Below, in pieces: positions 10,499 to 22,107 of a stretch of DNA of 64,000 nucleotides; positions within the stretch are counted from its first letter, which is position 1, and each line of letters begins with the position of its first letter. Under the pieces are notes generated by a model, which saw only the letters and a list, made by a program, of their open reading frames with translations, was not told where the DNA came from and searched no databases. The DNA comes from Alphaproteobacteria bacterium (GTDB lineage Bacteria > Pseudomonadota > Alphaproteobacteria > SHVR01): positions 1,933 to 65,932 of the forward strand of contig SHVR01000004.1 of NCBI GenBank assembly GCA_009694185.1. The letters run 5' to 3'. Made by a program: the position numbers and the translations under genes.

Positions 10499-10965
10499 TG
10501 GATCCAGCCTCCCGGCCGACCTCCGGGATCGTCGAGGCCTTCACGGATGGGGCCTGCAGCGGCAATCCGGGCCCGGGCGGCTGGGGCACGCTGCTGCGCT
10601 TCGGCGATCGGGAGCGCGAACTTTCCGGCGGCGAGGCGCACACCACCAACAACCGCATGGAAATGATGGCGGCGATCCAGGCCCTTGAGGCGTTGCAACG
10701 GCCGGCCCATGTCAGGCTCCACACCGACAGCCGCTATCTGCATGACGGAATTACCAAATGGATTCATCGTTGGCGGCGGAACGGCTGGCAGACGGCCGAC
10801 CGCAAGCCCGTGAAGAACGTCGACCTCTGGCAGCGGCTCGACGCGGCACTCGGCCACCACCAAGTCGAGTGGCGCTGGGTGCGGGGCCATGCCGGACACG
10901 CCGAGAACGAGCGGGCCGACCAGCTCGCCCGCCGCGCCATCAAGCAGCCGGCCGGCACTGAATAA
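10498..10965 (+). CDS. rnhA: Ribonuclease HI
   Basis: [25 protein letters not shown] and [12 protein letters not shown] motifs. The ATG overlaps the thrB stop. Confidence 0.9.
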   Translation: MDPASRPTSGIVEAFTDGACSGNPGPGGWGTLLRFGDRERELSGGEAHTTNNRMEMMAAIQALEALQRPAHVRLHTDSRYLHDGITKWIHRWRRNGWQTADRKPVKNVDLWQRLDAALGHHQVEWRWVRGHAGHAENERADQLARRAIKQPAGTE

Positions 10966-10991
10966 CCCTCCCGCGGTCAGGCGGGAGGGTT
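10964..10991. terminator. Hairpin between convergent rnhA and peroxiredoxin genes
   Basis: AACCCTCCCGC-GGTCAG-GCGGGAGGGTT: an 11-bp perfect stem with a 6-nt loop, starting inside the rnhA stop codon (10963-10965). Confidence 0.55.
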
Positions 10992-11010
10992 ACGGGCAAA
11001 GGGGGGGTGC

Positions 11011-11493
11011 CTACAGTTCGCCCAGCACATTCTCGGCGGTCGATACCTCGAAGGCGCCCGGCTTCTCGACATAGAGCTTGGTCACGACGCCCTTGTCGAC
11101 GACCATGGCATAGCGCTGCGAGCGCTTGCCGAGGCCGTTGCGGCTGGCATCGAGCGGCAGGCCGATGGCATCCGCGAAGGCGGCATTGCCGTCGGCGATC
11201 ATCGCCACCTTGTCACCCACATTCTGGGCCTTGCCCCAGGCATCCATGACGAAGGCGTCATTGACGGAAATGCATGCGACCGTATCGACACCCTTGGCCT
11301 TGATGGCCCCGGCCTTGTCGACGAAGCCCGGCAGGTGCTTCGCCGAACAGGTGGGCGTAAAGGCCCCCGGCACGGCGAACAGCACAACCTTCTTGCCGGA
11401 AAAGAGTTCGTCCGTGCTGATGTCCTTGGGTCCATCGGCGGTCATGTGCCTGAGGGTGGTCGATGGGATCTTGTCTCCGACCTTGATGGTCAT
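11011..11493 (-). CDS. Peroxiredoxin (Prx5-type)
   Basis: VVLFAVPGAFTPTCS active-site motif. 160 aa. Confidence 0.9.
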   Translation of the reverse strand: MTIKVGDKIPSTTLRHMTADGPKDISTDELFSGKKVVLFAVPGAFTPTCSAKHLPGFVDKAGAIKAKGVDTVACISVNDAFVMDAWGKAQNVGDKVAMIADGNAAFADAIGLPLDASRNGLGKRSQRYAMVVDKGVVTKLYVEKPGAFEVSTAENVLGEL

Positions 11494-11650
11494 GGGGTGC
11501 CTCCATTGTCGTTCTGGCGCGAATCACGCCGAATGAAACGAACATAAGCACCCCTCGGGCAAAAATCAAAGGCCGGGACGCACGCAGTTTTGAACAGGCC
11601 CCAGCCGCGCCGCACTTGCACGATACCCGCCCCGAACTTACCTTACGCCG

Positions 11651-12226
11651 ATGGTAGAGAATCGCACCGCAGACGGGTTCATGACCGGCCAGCTTCTGGT
11701 GGCGATGCCTGGCATGCAGGACCCGCGTTTCATCAAGACCGTGATCTACATGTGTGCCCACAATGCCGACGGCGCCATGGGGCTCGTGATCAACCGGGCG
11801 CTCGGCTCGTTGACCTTCGCCGACCTTCTGGAGCAGCTCGGCGTCGAGCATGACAAGACCCAGGCGCCGGTAACCGTGCATTTCGGCGGGCCGGTGGAGA
11901 GCGGCCGGGGGTTCGTGCTGCACACGGCCGACTATGTCCGCGAGGGCACGCTGGTGGTGGATGGCGGCATCGCCTTGACCGCCACTGTGGATATCTTGCG
12001 GGCGATTGCCGGCGGCGATGGCCCGCGCGGGCGGCTGCTCGCCCTCGGTTATGCCGGCTGGGCGCCCGGCCAGCTCGAGAACGAGATGCGGAAAAATGGC
12101 TGGCTGATGGTCGATGCCGACGAGAAACTGGTATTCGACAGCAACCTGGACGCGAAATGGGAGCGGGCGCTCGGCAAGCTCGGCATCGATGTCCGCATGT
12201 TGTCGAGCGACGCCGGCCACGCTTGA
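11651..12226 (+). CDS. YqgE/AlgH family protein (UPF0301)
   Basis: LLVAMPGMQDPRF..TVIYMC.H...GAMGLVINR signature. Confidence 0.85.
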   Translation: MVENRTADGFMTGQLLVAMPGMQDPRFIKTVIYMCAHNADGAMGLVINRALGSLTFADLLEQLGVEHDKTQAPVTVHFGGPVESGRGFVLHTADYVREGTLVVDGGIALTATVDILRAIAGGDGPRGRLLALGYAGWAPGQLENEMRKNGWLMVDADEKLVFDSNLDAKWERALGKLGIDVRMLSSDAGHA

Positions 12227-12273
12227 ATCCGATCACCGCCGCCATCCGACACAATTGAGGGAAACCGACGCCC

Positions 12274-12894
12274 ATGAGCACGCTCACGATCTATGGCATT
12301 GCCGCCTCACGCACCCTGCGCTCACTGTGGATCGCCAAGGAACTCGGCCTCGACTATGAGCATAGGGCGGTCGATTTCGGTTCCGAGGAAATCGCGTCCG
12401 CAGCCTATCTGGCGCTGAATCCGAACGGCACCATACCGACCATCAAAGACGGCGACTTCCCACTCTGGGAATCGGCGGCCATCGGGCTCTATCTCGCCAA
12501 GAAATACGGCAAGGGTCTCTATCCGGAGACACTCGAGGGTGAGGCGAAGACCTGGCAATGGTCGTTCTTCGCCCATTCCGAGGTCGAGAAGCCCATCCTC
12601 GCCATCGCCTTCAACCGTTATATGAAACCCGAGGCGGAGCGCGTCGAGGCCCTCGCCAAGGAAGCCGAAGCGAACCTGGTGCGCCCGCTCGCCGTCCTCA
12701 ACCAGACCTTCGCCAAATCGGCCTATCTCTTGGGCGATAAGTTCATGGTCGCCGATCTGATCTTGGCCGGCTGTCTCTATACGGCCTATCGCTTCAAGTA
12801 CGGCCTCGCCGCCGCGCCCAAGGTGGCGGATTGGCTAGCCCGCTGTCTCGAGCGGCCCGCCGCCCAGGCCGCCCGGAAGCTGCGCGAGGGCTGA
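12274..12894 (+). CDS. Glutathione S-transferase family protein
   Basis: N-terminal thioredoxin-like GST pattern (S.R..W...ELGL, NPNGTIPT, ESAAI..YL). Confidence 0.85.
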   Translation: MSTLTIYGIAASRTLRSLWIAKELGLDYEHRAVDFGSEEIASAAYLALNPNGTIPTIKDGDFPLWESAAIGLYLAKKYGKGLYPETLEGEAKTWQWSFFAHSEVEKPILAIAFNRYMKPEAERVEALAKEAEANLVRPLAVLNQTFAKSAYLLGDKFMVADLILAGCLYTAYRFKYGLAAAPKVADWLARCLERPAAQAARKLREG

Positions 12895-12910
12895 CCGCCC
12901 CGCCGCCGCC

Positions 12911-14167
12911 CTACCGCAAGCGGGCGGCGATGGCCTCGATCGGCTCGATACCGCCGACCGGGCCAACGGCCGAAAAAGTGATCGTCGAGGCCGCGACCCG
13001 GCGCGCCACGCGCGAGACCGCCGCTGCGTCCACCGCGTCGATCTTGGCCACCAGCTCGCCCGGCGTGACGGGCCGGCCGAAGACCAGCATCTGTTGGGCG
13101 GTCTGCTCGGCGCGCGCACCCGTGCTCTCGCGCGCCATCAGGACGCTCGCCTTGAGCTGGGCCCGGGCGCGCGCCAATTCGTCGGCCTCGACCGATTGGC
13201 CGAGCGCCTTCAACTCATGGCAGGAAATGTCGATCACTTCCTGGGCCTGGGAGCCGCTGGTGCCGGCATAGATGCCGAAGATGCCGCCGTCGGTCATCGG
13301 CGAGGCGAAGGAATAGATCGAATAGACCAGGCCGCGCTTTTCGCGCACTTCCTGGAAGAGGCGCGACGACATGCCGCCGCCATAGAGGGTCGAGAGCACC
13401 TGGCCGGCATAATAGTCGGGATCGGCGTAACTCAGCCCCTCGAAGCCGAGCACCAGATGCGCCTGCTCGAGGTCGCTCTCTTCGCGAAAGTCGCCGCCGG
13501 TATAGCGGCCCGGCATCGGCGCCGGCATCGCGCCCGACACCAGCTTGTCGAAGTGACGGGCCGCCTGTTCCACGAACCAGTCATGCTCGATCTTGCCCGA
13601 GGCGGCGACCACCATGCGCGGCGCCAAATAGCCGGTCCGCATATAGTCGATGACGGCATCGCGCGAGATCGCGCGGATGACTTCCGGGCGGCCCAGAACG
13701 GGCCGGCCGACCGGCTGGTCGTGGTAGGCCGTCGACTGGAAATTGTCGAACACGCGCTCTTCCGGCTGGTCGTGCGACTGGCCGATTTCCTGAAGGACGA
13801 CCGCCCGTTCGCGCTCCAGCTCCTCCGGGTCGAAGACCGAGTTCTGTAGAATATCGGCGATGATGTCGAGGCCGAGCGCCGCGTCGTCTTTCAGCATCTT
13901 GGCGTAATAGGCGGTGTTCTCGCGCGAGGTATAGGCGTTCAAATGGCCGCCGACCGCGTCGATCTCCGAGGCGATGGCCTGGGCGGAGCGCCGGCCGGTG
14001 CCCTTGAAGGCCATATGCTCCAAGAGATGGGAGATGCCGTTCACCTCGGCCGCCTCGTGGCGGGTGCCGATGCCGACCCAGACGCCGAGGGAAACGGTTT
14101 CGACCGCCTCCATGCGGTCGGTGACGACACGGAGACCGCCGGGAAGCTCGCTTATTTTGACTGTCAT
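12911..14167 (-). CDS. M16 family (pitrilysin-like) zinc peptidase
   Basis: HLLEHMAFKGT inverted zinc motif. Start at ATG 14167 (MTVKISELPGG). Confidence 0.85.
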   Translation of the reverse strand: MTVKISELPGGLRVVTDRMEAVETVSLGVWVGIGTRHEAAEVNGISHLLEHMAFKGTGRRSAQAIASEIDAVGGHLNAYTSRENTAYYAKMLKDDAALGLDIIADILQNSVFDPEELERERAVVLQEIGQSHDQPEERVFDNFQSTAYHDQPVGRPVLGRPEVIRAISRDAVIDYMRTGYLAPRMVVAASGKIEHDWFVEQAARHFDKLVSGAMPAPMPGRYTGGDFREESDLEQAHLVLGFEGLSYADPDYYAGQVLSTLYGGGMSSRLFQEVREKRGLVYSIYSFASPMTDGGIFGIYAGTSGSQAQEVIDISCHELKALGQSVEADELARARAQLKASVLMARESTGARAEQTAQQMLVFGRPVTPGELVAKIDAVDAAAVSRVARRVAASTITFSAVGPVGGIEPIEAIAARLR

Positions 14168-14180
14168 TATGGCTCCAGGC

Positions 14181-15584
14181 TCACGGGTTGGCGATCCTGG
14201 CGTGCGCCCGCACGAAGGCTTGGACGGCGGCGAGATCGGGGGCAAGGGTGGCATAGCGTTCGGGGCGCCGGTCGAGATCGGCGAGATGGGCCGGCAGCGC
14301 CGGGCGGCACCCGGTTGCGCGTTCGACCGCGTCGGGAAATTTGGCGGGGTGGGCCGTCGCTAGCGCCACGGTGGGCAGCGCGCCGCTGTTGCGCTTGGCC
14401 ATGGCCGCCGCGATGCCGATGGCGGTGTGGGGATCGACCAGCTCGCCCGTGGCACCATGGACGCGCCGAATCTCGTCGAGTGTCCCCGCGTCGTCCAGGC
14501 GATGCCCGCAAAAGATCTCCCGCGCCGCTTGCCACCGGTTGGGCCCGAGAGCCAATCGCCCGCTCGCCCGGAAGCCCCGGAGCGCCTCCTCGACCGCCGC
14601 CCCGTCCCGGTCGAGGAGCTCGAACAGCAGGCGCTCGAAATTGCTCGATATTTGGATGTCCATACTGGGCGAAAGGGTGGGCACGACCGGCGCCATGCTC
14701 ATATCGCCCGTCTCGAAAAAGCGCGCCAATATGTCGTTCCGGTTGGATGCCACGATCAGCCGGTCGATGGGCACGCCCATCCGGCTGGCCACATAGCCCG
14801 CATAGACATTGCCGAAATTGCCGCTCGGCACCGCGAACCCGACCGCTCGATCGGGGGCACCCAGTTGCACGGCGGCGTAAACATAATAGACGAGCTGTGC
14901 CACGATCCGGGCCCAGTTGATGGAATTGACCGCCGAGAGGCGGAGCTGGTCTCGGAAAGCCACATCGCCAAACATGGCCTTCACGAGGTCCTGGCAGTCG
15001 TCGAACGTGCCTTCGATCGCCAGATTGTAGACGTTGTCGGCGTGGATCGTGGTCATCTGGCGGCGCTGGACATCCGAGACCCGGCCCTTCGGATGCAGCA
15101 TGAAGATATCGACGGCCGCCCGGTCGCGGCAGGCTTCGATGGCCGCCGAGCCGGTATCGCCGGACGTGGCGCCCACGATCGTCACCCGCTCCCCACGCTC
15201 ACCCAGCACATGGTCGAAGAGACGGCCGACAAGCTGTAGCGCCACGTCCTTGAACGCGAGCGTCGGCCCGTGGAAGAGCTCCATCAGCCAGAGATCGCTG
15301 TCGAGCTGGACGAGCGGCGCCACCGCCTGATGACGGAAGCCCGCATAGGCCTCGATCACCATGCGGCGGAAACTCGCGGCCGAGACGGTTTCCCCCATGA
15401 AGGGTGTCATGACCGCGACCGCCACGTCGGCATAGGGCCGGCCGCGCAAGGCCCGGAGCGCCTCGGCCGACAGGTTTGGCCAGGTCGCGGGTACATAAAG
15501 GCCGCCGTCGCGGGCGAGGCCCGCGAGCAAGACTCCGGCAAAATCGAGCGTCGGGGCGGCCCCCCGCGTGCTCACATAGTGCAA
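14181..15584 (-). CDS. thrC: Threonine synthase
   Basis: MHYVSTRG.., LFHGPTLAFKD PLP-lysine motif, 467 aa. Confidence 0.92.
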   Translation of the reverse strand: MHYVSTRGAAPTLDFAGVLLAGLARDGGLYVPATWPNLSAEALRALRGRPYADVAVAVMTPFMGETVSAASFRRMVIEAYAGFRHQAVAPLVQLDSDLWLMELFHGPTLAFKDVALQLVGRLFDHVLGERGERVTIVGATSGDTGSAAIEACRDRAAVDIFMLHPKGRVSDVQRRQMTTIHADNVYNLAIEGTFDDCQDLVKAMFGDVAFRDQLRLSAVNSINWARIVAQLVYYVYAAVQLGAPDRAVGFAVPSGNFGNVYAGYVASRMGVPIDRLIVASNRNDILARFFETGDMSMAPVVPTLSPSMDIQISSNFERLLFELLDRDGAAVEEALRGFRASGRLALGPNRWQAAREIFCGHRLDDAGTLDEIRRVHGATGELVDPHTAIGIAAAMAKRNSGALPTVALATAHPAKFPDAVERATGCRPALPAHLADLDRRPERYATLAPDLAAVQAFVRAHARIANP

Positions 15585-15611
15585 TCGAAACTCTCCCAGA
15601 TGAATTCTCGG

Positions 15612-17114
15612 CTACTCCGCGAGGTAGCGCCTTTCCAGATGGCGCCGGAAGACCGCCGGATCAAGCGGTCGGCCCGTCGCCCTCGCGATGAGGGCGCGGC
15701 TGTCCAGGCGGGCTCCCTGGGCGTGGACATTAGCACGCAACCAGCCGGTCAAGGGGCCGAAGTCGCCCCGGCCGATCGACCCCTCCAGCTCCGGCGCCGC
15801 CCGCTCGGCGGCTTCGAATAACTGGGCGGCACTCATGGCACCCAGCGTGTAGGTCGGGAAATAACCGAACCCGCCATCCGGCCAGTGGATGTCCTGAAGG
15901 CAGCCTTCCCGGTCGTTCGGCGGCCGGATGGCGAGTAGGCGAACCATACCCTCGTTCCAGGCGCCGGGTAGGTCCGGCGCCTGGAGATCCCCGAAAATCA
16001 TCGCTTTTTCAAGTTGATAGCGCAATATGACGTGGGCCGGATACGTCACCTCGTCGGCGTCGACCCGGATGTAGCCCGGCTCGACCTTTGTATAGAGGCG
16101 GTAGAGATTTTCCGCCCGCCAGGCCGGCCCCTCGCCGCCGAAAGTCCGTTGGGCGAGCGGGGCCAGGAAATCGACGAAGGCCCGGCCGCGGCAGGCCTGC
16201 ATCTCGACAATCAAAGATTGGCTTTCATGGGCCGTCATTCCGGCATGATTGCCGACCGGTTGATATCGCCACGCCGCGGGCAGGCCCCGCTCGTAGAGCG
16301 CGTGGCCGGTCTCGTGCAGCACCGCCATCAGGCCGGTGGTGAAATCGTCCTCGGCATAGCGGGTGGTGATACGTACATCCTCCGGCACGCCGCCGGTGAA
16401 GGGGTGCTGGCTCGAATCGAGGCGGCCATGGTGGAAATCAAAGCCGAGGGCGCGCATCAATTGTTCGCCGAGGGTGCGTTGCGCCGCCTCCCCAAAGCGG
16501 CCGGTCAGGCCAAGCGGCGGCGGCCGGCGCCTTTGACGCTCCATGACGCGCTGGAGCAAGTCCGGCAGGAAGGCTTCCAGGGTCGCGAATAGCCGGTCTA
16601 CCTCCTCGCTCCGCCGACCCGGATCATGCTGGTCGAGGAGCGCGTCATAGGGCGTGAGCCCAAGGGCGGCGCCCTTGGCGGCGGCGATCTCGCGCACCAG
16701 TCTGAGGACTTCCGCGAATGACGGCAGCAGCATGGCAAAATCGGCGTTCTGGCGGGCCGTGCGCCAGACCGCCTCGCAACCGGTGACGGCCCGGCTGAAG
16801 GCTTCCACCAGATCTCCCGGCACGGCGGCGGCGTGGCCATGGGCGCGGCGCATGAGCGCCAGATTGGCTGCCTGCCAATCATCGAGTTCGGGTGCCGCCG
16901 CGTCCGCCAGCAAGGCAGGCATGTCGGCGGCCGTCAGCAGCTCATGGATGATGCCTTGCAGGGTTGCAAGCTGTTCCGCCCGAGCCGCCACGCCACCCAG
17001 CGGCATCATCACCGACTGATCCCAGTGCAACACGCCGGCCGCGTCCCGCAGCTTAGCGATGCGCGCGAAACGGCGTTCGAGTTCCCTGTAGGCGGACAAG
17101 GCAGACCTCCTCAT
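15612..17114 (-). CDS. M32 family carboxypeptidase (Taq-like)
   Basis: HETGHALYE zinc motif and HESQS motif. ATG 17114 overlaps the SURF1 stop (ATGA). Confidence 0.85.
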   Translation of the reverse strand: MRRSALSAYRELERRFARIAKLRDAAGVLHWDQSVMMPLGGVAARAEQLATLQGIIHELLTAADMPALLADAAAPELDDWQAANLALMRRAHGHAAAVPGDLVEAFSRAVTGCEAVWRTARQNADFAMLLPSFAEVLRLVREIAAAKGAALGLTPYDALLDQHDPGRRSEEVDRLFATLEAFLPDLLQRVMERQRRRPPPLGLTGRFGEAAQRTLGEQLMRALGFDFHHGRLDSSQHPFTGGVPEDVRITTRYAEDDFTTGLMAVLHETGHALYERGLPAAWRYQPVGNHAGMTAHESQSLIVEMQACRGRAFVDFLAPLAQRTFGGEGPAWRAENLYRLYTKVEPGYIRVDADEVTYPAHVILRYQLEKAMIFGDLQAPDLPGAWNEGMVRLLAIRPPNDREGCLQDIHWPDGGFGYFPTYTLGAMSAAQLFEAAERAAPELEGSIGRGDFGPLTGWLRANVHAQGARLDSRALIARATGRPLDPAVFRRHLERRYLAE

Positions 17115-17905
17115 GGATGCCGTCGGCGGCGAACCAGCAGCCCCCAGATGATCGCGAGAATGAGGGCGAGGGCAAACCAGGTGAGCGCATATTGCAGATG
17201 ATTGTCGGTGAGTTCCGGTCGCGTCGCGGCACCCACCGGCAAGCCGCCTGGGTTGGCCGCCGGCCCGGCCACCACCACCAGGCCCAAGACCAGGGCCGGA
17301 CCGAGGCCCGCCTGGCGCCCCATCGCCTGGGGGTCCGGCCAAAACCACTCATTCCTTGCGGGCCGGTTGTCCGGCGTGAACCCACCGGGACGGGACGGCG
17401 AGCGGAGCGTGCCTTCGACGATGACAATGCCTTCGGGATTGCCGGTCGGCCGCGACGCCGGGTCGCGCCGGTCCATCGGGACCCAGCCCCGGTCGACCAG
17501 CACGGCGCCGCCATCATAACCGAGTGGTGTCACGATGCCGACGCCGACGCCACGCTTGCGCGCGCGACCCACCAGATGCATCTCGTGCTGGTGCAGGAAC
17601 CGCCCTTCGAGCCGGACGCGGCGGTAGTCGAGGCCGGCGGGTGCGGCGTCGAAGAGCCCGCCGCGCCCAGGCAAGATAGCCGCGCCGGACACTTCGTCGG
17701 CGCGCCGCGAACCGCCAAGATCCCCTTGGCCCAGAACCGGCGCCGCCAGGTTCCGCTCGATGCGGTCCAGCAACGCATGCTTCTCGGCTCGCCGCTCCAA
17801 TTGCCAGCCACCGAGGCCGAGGAGCGTCACGAAAGCCAGCAGACCGGCCAGCGTCAGCGGCAGCAGGCCCCGCCGCGCCCCCGAACCTGGGCTCAGCCGC
17901 CCCAC
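17111..17905 (-). CDS. SURF1 family cytochrome oxidase biogenesis protein
   Basis: Two-TM SURF1 pattern (GGWQLERRAEK.., ...NHLQYALTWF). The proposed GTG start at 17905 overlaps the end of ctaE. The start is uncertain. Confidence 0.75.
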   Translation of the reverse strand: MGRLSPGSGARRGLLPLTLAGLLAFVTLLGLGGWQLERRAEKHALLDRIERNLAAPVLGQGDLGGSRRADEVSGAAILPGRGGLFDAAPAGLDYRRVRLEGRFLHQHEMHLVGRARKRGVGVGIVTPLGYDGGAVLVDRGWVPMDRRDPASRPTGNPEGIVIVEGTLRSPSRPGGFTPDNRPARNEWFWPDPQAMGRQAGLGPALVLGLVVVAGPAANPGGLPVGAATRPELTDNHLQYALTWFALALILAIIWGLLVRRRRHP

Positions 17906-18702
17906 CAATAGACGACGCAGAACAGGAACAGCCACACCACGTCGACGAAATGCCAGTACCAGGCCGCCGCCTCGAATCCGAAATGATGATCGGGCGTGAA
18001 GTGGCCCTTGATGGCGCGGCCCAGGCAAACCGTCAGAAATATCGTCCCGATGATGACATGGAATCCGTGGAATCCCGTCGCCATGAAGAACGCGGAGGAA
18101 TAGACGTTCTGGGTGAACTTGAAGCCGGCATGGGCGTATTCGAAGGCTTGGAGCGACGTAAACGCCACGCCCAGCGCCACCGTGCAGGTCAGACCCTGGA
18201 TCAACTGCTTGCGGTCGCCATGCAGCAAGGCATGGTGGGCCCAGGTCACCGTGACGCCCGACAGCAGCAGGATCAAGGTGTTGAGGAAGGGCAGTTCGAA
18301 GGCTTTGAAAGGCACCACGTCGGCCGGCGGCCAGATGCCGCCGATCCCTTCCGTCGGAAACAGGCTCGCATTGAAGAACGCCCAGAAGAAGGCAACGAAG
18401 AACATCACCTCGGAGGTGATAAAGAGCGCCATGCCATAGCGCAGGCCGAAGACAACCACCGGGTTGTGATGGCCCTCATGCTCGGCCTCGCGCACGACGT
18501 CCCGCCACCAGGCAAACATGGTGGCCAGGACCGCGAGGAAGGCCAGGATCATCAACCACGGCGTACCGTAGTGCATGTAGAAAATGGCGCCGACCGCGAG
18601 GCAGCCGGCCGCGATCGCGCCCACGAGCGGCCACGGGCTCGGGTCGACCAGGTGGAAGGGATGCTTGTGCCCGCCATGCGGGGCTGCGTGCGCGTCAGCC
18701 AT
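17893..18702 (-). CDS. ctaE: Cytochrome c oxidase subunit III
   Basis: HPFHLVDPSPWP and GFHGFHV.IG motifs. Confidence 0.92.
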   Translation of the reverse strand: MADAHAAPHGGHKHPFHLVDPSPWPLVGAIAAGCLAVGAIFYMHYGTPWLMILAFLAVLATMFAWWRDVVREAEHEGHHNPVVVFGLRYGMALFITSEVMFFVAFFWAFFNASLFPTEGIGGIWPPADVVPFKAFELPFLNTLILLLSGVTVTWAHHALLHGDRKQLIQGLTCTVALGVAFTSLQAFEYAHAGFKFTQNVYSSAFFMATGFHGFHVIIGTIFLTVCLGRAIKGHFTPDHHFGFEAAAWYWHFVDVVWLFLFCVVYWWGG

Positions 18703-18761
18703 GATTGCTACCCTCGATCCTGCTGTGATCCTGCGTATCCCGAATTCTGCCTATCCGCTGC

Positions 18762-19355
18762 TCAGCGGGACGGCACCGCGAGCGCGCCGGTCACGGTCCG
18801 GCCCGCTGTCCCCTTGCCGTCGCCCGTCGCGGGGAAAAACGTATAGGAAAGCGTGATGATCTTGACATCCCCGGCATGCCGGTCCTTCACGATCTCGGGG
18901 TCGACGAAGAACAGCACCGGCATGTCCACGGTCTCGCCCGGCTCCAGGCGCTGCTCGGTGAAGCAGAAACACTGGATCTTGTTGAAGTAGCGGCCCGCTT
19001 TATCCGGTGTGACATTGAAGGTCGCGGTGCCGACCAGCGGCCCGGTACCAAGATTGGTCGCCCGATAGAAAGCCAAGCCTTCCTCGCCCACCTTGAGAGT
19101 GAGCGAGGGTTGCGCCGGCACGAACGACCAGGCGAGTTCGCGACTGATATTGGCGTCGAATCGAATAGTGATATCGCGGTCGACGACGCCCGCCGCCGGC
19201 GGGGCCACCGCCACCCGGGTCGTGCCGCCATAGCCGGTTACCTGGCAAAACAGGCGATAGAGCGGCACCGAGGCATAAGAGAGCATCGCCATGCCAGCCG
19301 CGATGGCGAGCAACGGCAGGGCAATCTTGCGGTGGCGGGCGTCAACCGTGGCCAT
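18762..19355 (-). CDS. ctaG: Cytochrome c oxidase assembly protein CtaG/Cox11
   Basis: Conserved FCQVTGYGG and CFCF copper motifs. Confidence 0.9.
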   Translation of the reverse strand: MATVDARHRKIALPLLAIAAGMAMLSYASVPLYRLFCQVTGYGGTTRVAVAPPAAGVVDRDITIRFDANISRELAWSFVPAQPSLTLKVGEEGLAFYRATNLGTGPLVGTATFNVTPDKAGRYFNKIQCFCFTEQRLEPGETVDMPVLFFVDPEIVKDRHAGDVKIITLSYTFFPATGDGKGTAGRTVTGALAVPSR

Positions 19356-19359
19356 GACT

Positions 19360-19503
19360 TTAGTGCCCCCCCATGCGCACGATGGTCAGCGCGTAGAAGA
19401 GCACCGTAAGGGCCACCAGCACCGCGCCGATCGCCCAGTTCCGGGCGCGCTGTTTGCGCGCGAATTCCGCCTTCCCGCTGTCCGTGCCAGGGCCATCCGT
19501 CAT
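19360..19503 (-). CDS. Small single-TM membrane protein between ctaB and ctaG (47 aa)
   Basis: MTDGPGTDSGKAEFARKQRARNWAIGAVLVALTVLFYALTIVRMGGH. ATG at 19503, 8 nt after the ctaB stop. One hydrophobic helix. Confidence 0.5.
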   Translation of the reverse strand: MTDGPGTDSGKAEFARKQRARNWAIGAVLVALTVLFYALTIVRMGGH

Positions 19504-19510
19504 GCGCGTC

Positions 19511-20440
19511 TCAGATCCCCCCGACGCCATCGACCAGCAACGCGCCGAATAACAGGAAGAGATAGAGAATCGAAAAAGCGAAAAGATGCCGGGCACTCCG
19601 CTCGCTTGCCTCGCGCCAGACGCGCCACGCGGCCAGCAGGAACAAGGCGCCGAGTACCAGCGCCACGGCGCCATAGGTCCAGCCCACCACATCCAACCAG
19701 ACGGGCACCAGTGTGAGCGGCACCAGCAACAGGCTGTAGATCAGGATCTGGCGGCGGGTTTCCGTGAGCCCGGCCACCACCGGCAGCATCGGCACCCCGG
19801 CGCGGGCATAGTCAGCCGAACGGTACAAGGCGAGCGCCCAGAAATGCGGCGGCGTCCACATGAAGATGATGGCGAACAGCGCCAGCGACTCCAGGCTAAC
19901 GTCGCCCGTGACGGCGGCCCAACCGATCATCGGCGGGAACGCGCCGGCGGCACCGCCAATGACGATGTTCTGGGGCGTGCGCCGCTTGAGCCACATGGTG
20001 TAAACGCCGACATAGAAGGCAATGGTGAGCAGGAGCAGCGCGGCGGCCGCCCAGTTGAGGGCGAGGCCCATCAGGGTGACGGACCCGACGGCCAGCGTCG
20101 TCCCGAAGCCGAGGGCTTCGGCGGCCGTCATCCGGCCGGCGGGAATCGGCCGATCGCGGGTGCGGGTCATCAGCGCGTCGATATCGCGGTCGTACCACAT
20201 GTTGATGGCACCCGACGCCCCCGCGCCGACCGCGATGCACAGCACGGCAATCACGGCCAACACGGGATGCAACGCACCCGGCGCCAGCAACAGGCCGGTG
20301 ATGCCGGTGAACACCACTAGCGACATGACCCGGGGCTTGAGCAACGCCACATAGTCTTCGACCGCGGCCCCGCCGGCGACCGGAACCAGTTCCGCCATGC
20401 CAAGCCCGGCCCCCGCCACGCGCGCGCCTCCTCGGTCCAT
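19511..20440 (-). CDS. ctaB: Heme o synthase (protoheme IX farnesyltransferase)
   Basis: UbiA-superfamily polytopic protein ([18 protein letters not shown]). The start could instead be ATG 20398. Confidence 0.9.
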   Translation of the reverse strand: MDRGGARVAGAGLGMAELVPVAGGAAVEDYVALLKPRVMSLVVFTGITGLLLAPGALHPVLAVIAVLCIAVGAGASGAINMWYDRDIDALMTRTRDRPIPAGRMTAAEALGFGTTLAVGSVTLMGLALNWAAAALLLLTIAFYVGVYTMWLKRRTPQNIVIGGAAGAFPPMIGWAAVTGDVSLESLALFAIIFMWTPPHFWALALYRSADYARAGVPMLPVVAGLTETRRQILIYSLLLVPLTLVPVWLDVVGWTYGAVALVLGALFLLAAWRVWREASERSARHLFAFSILYLFLLFGALLVDGVGGI

Positions 20441-20448
20441 CCGTCGGC

Positions 20449-22107
<1,659 letters not shown>

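Noticed and set aside
15612-17348. Upstream 78 codons of the M32 ORF, and similar N-terminal extensions of gcvPB, ctaC, rsmE, tldD, tctA and others
   Set aside because: The extensions overlap the upstream genes and are G/P/R-rich. Internal ATGs with a Shine-Dalgarno, or ATGA stop-start overlaps, fit the conserved N-termini.
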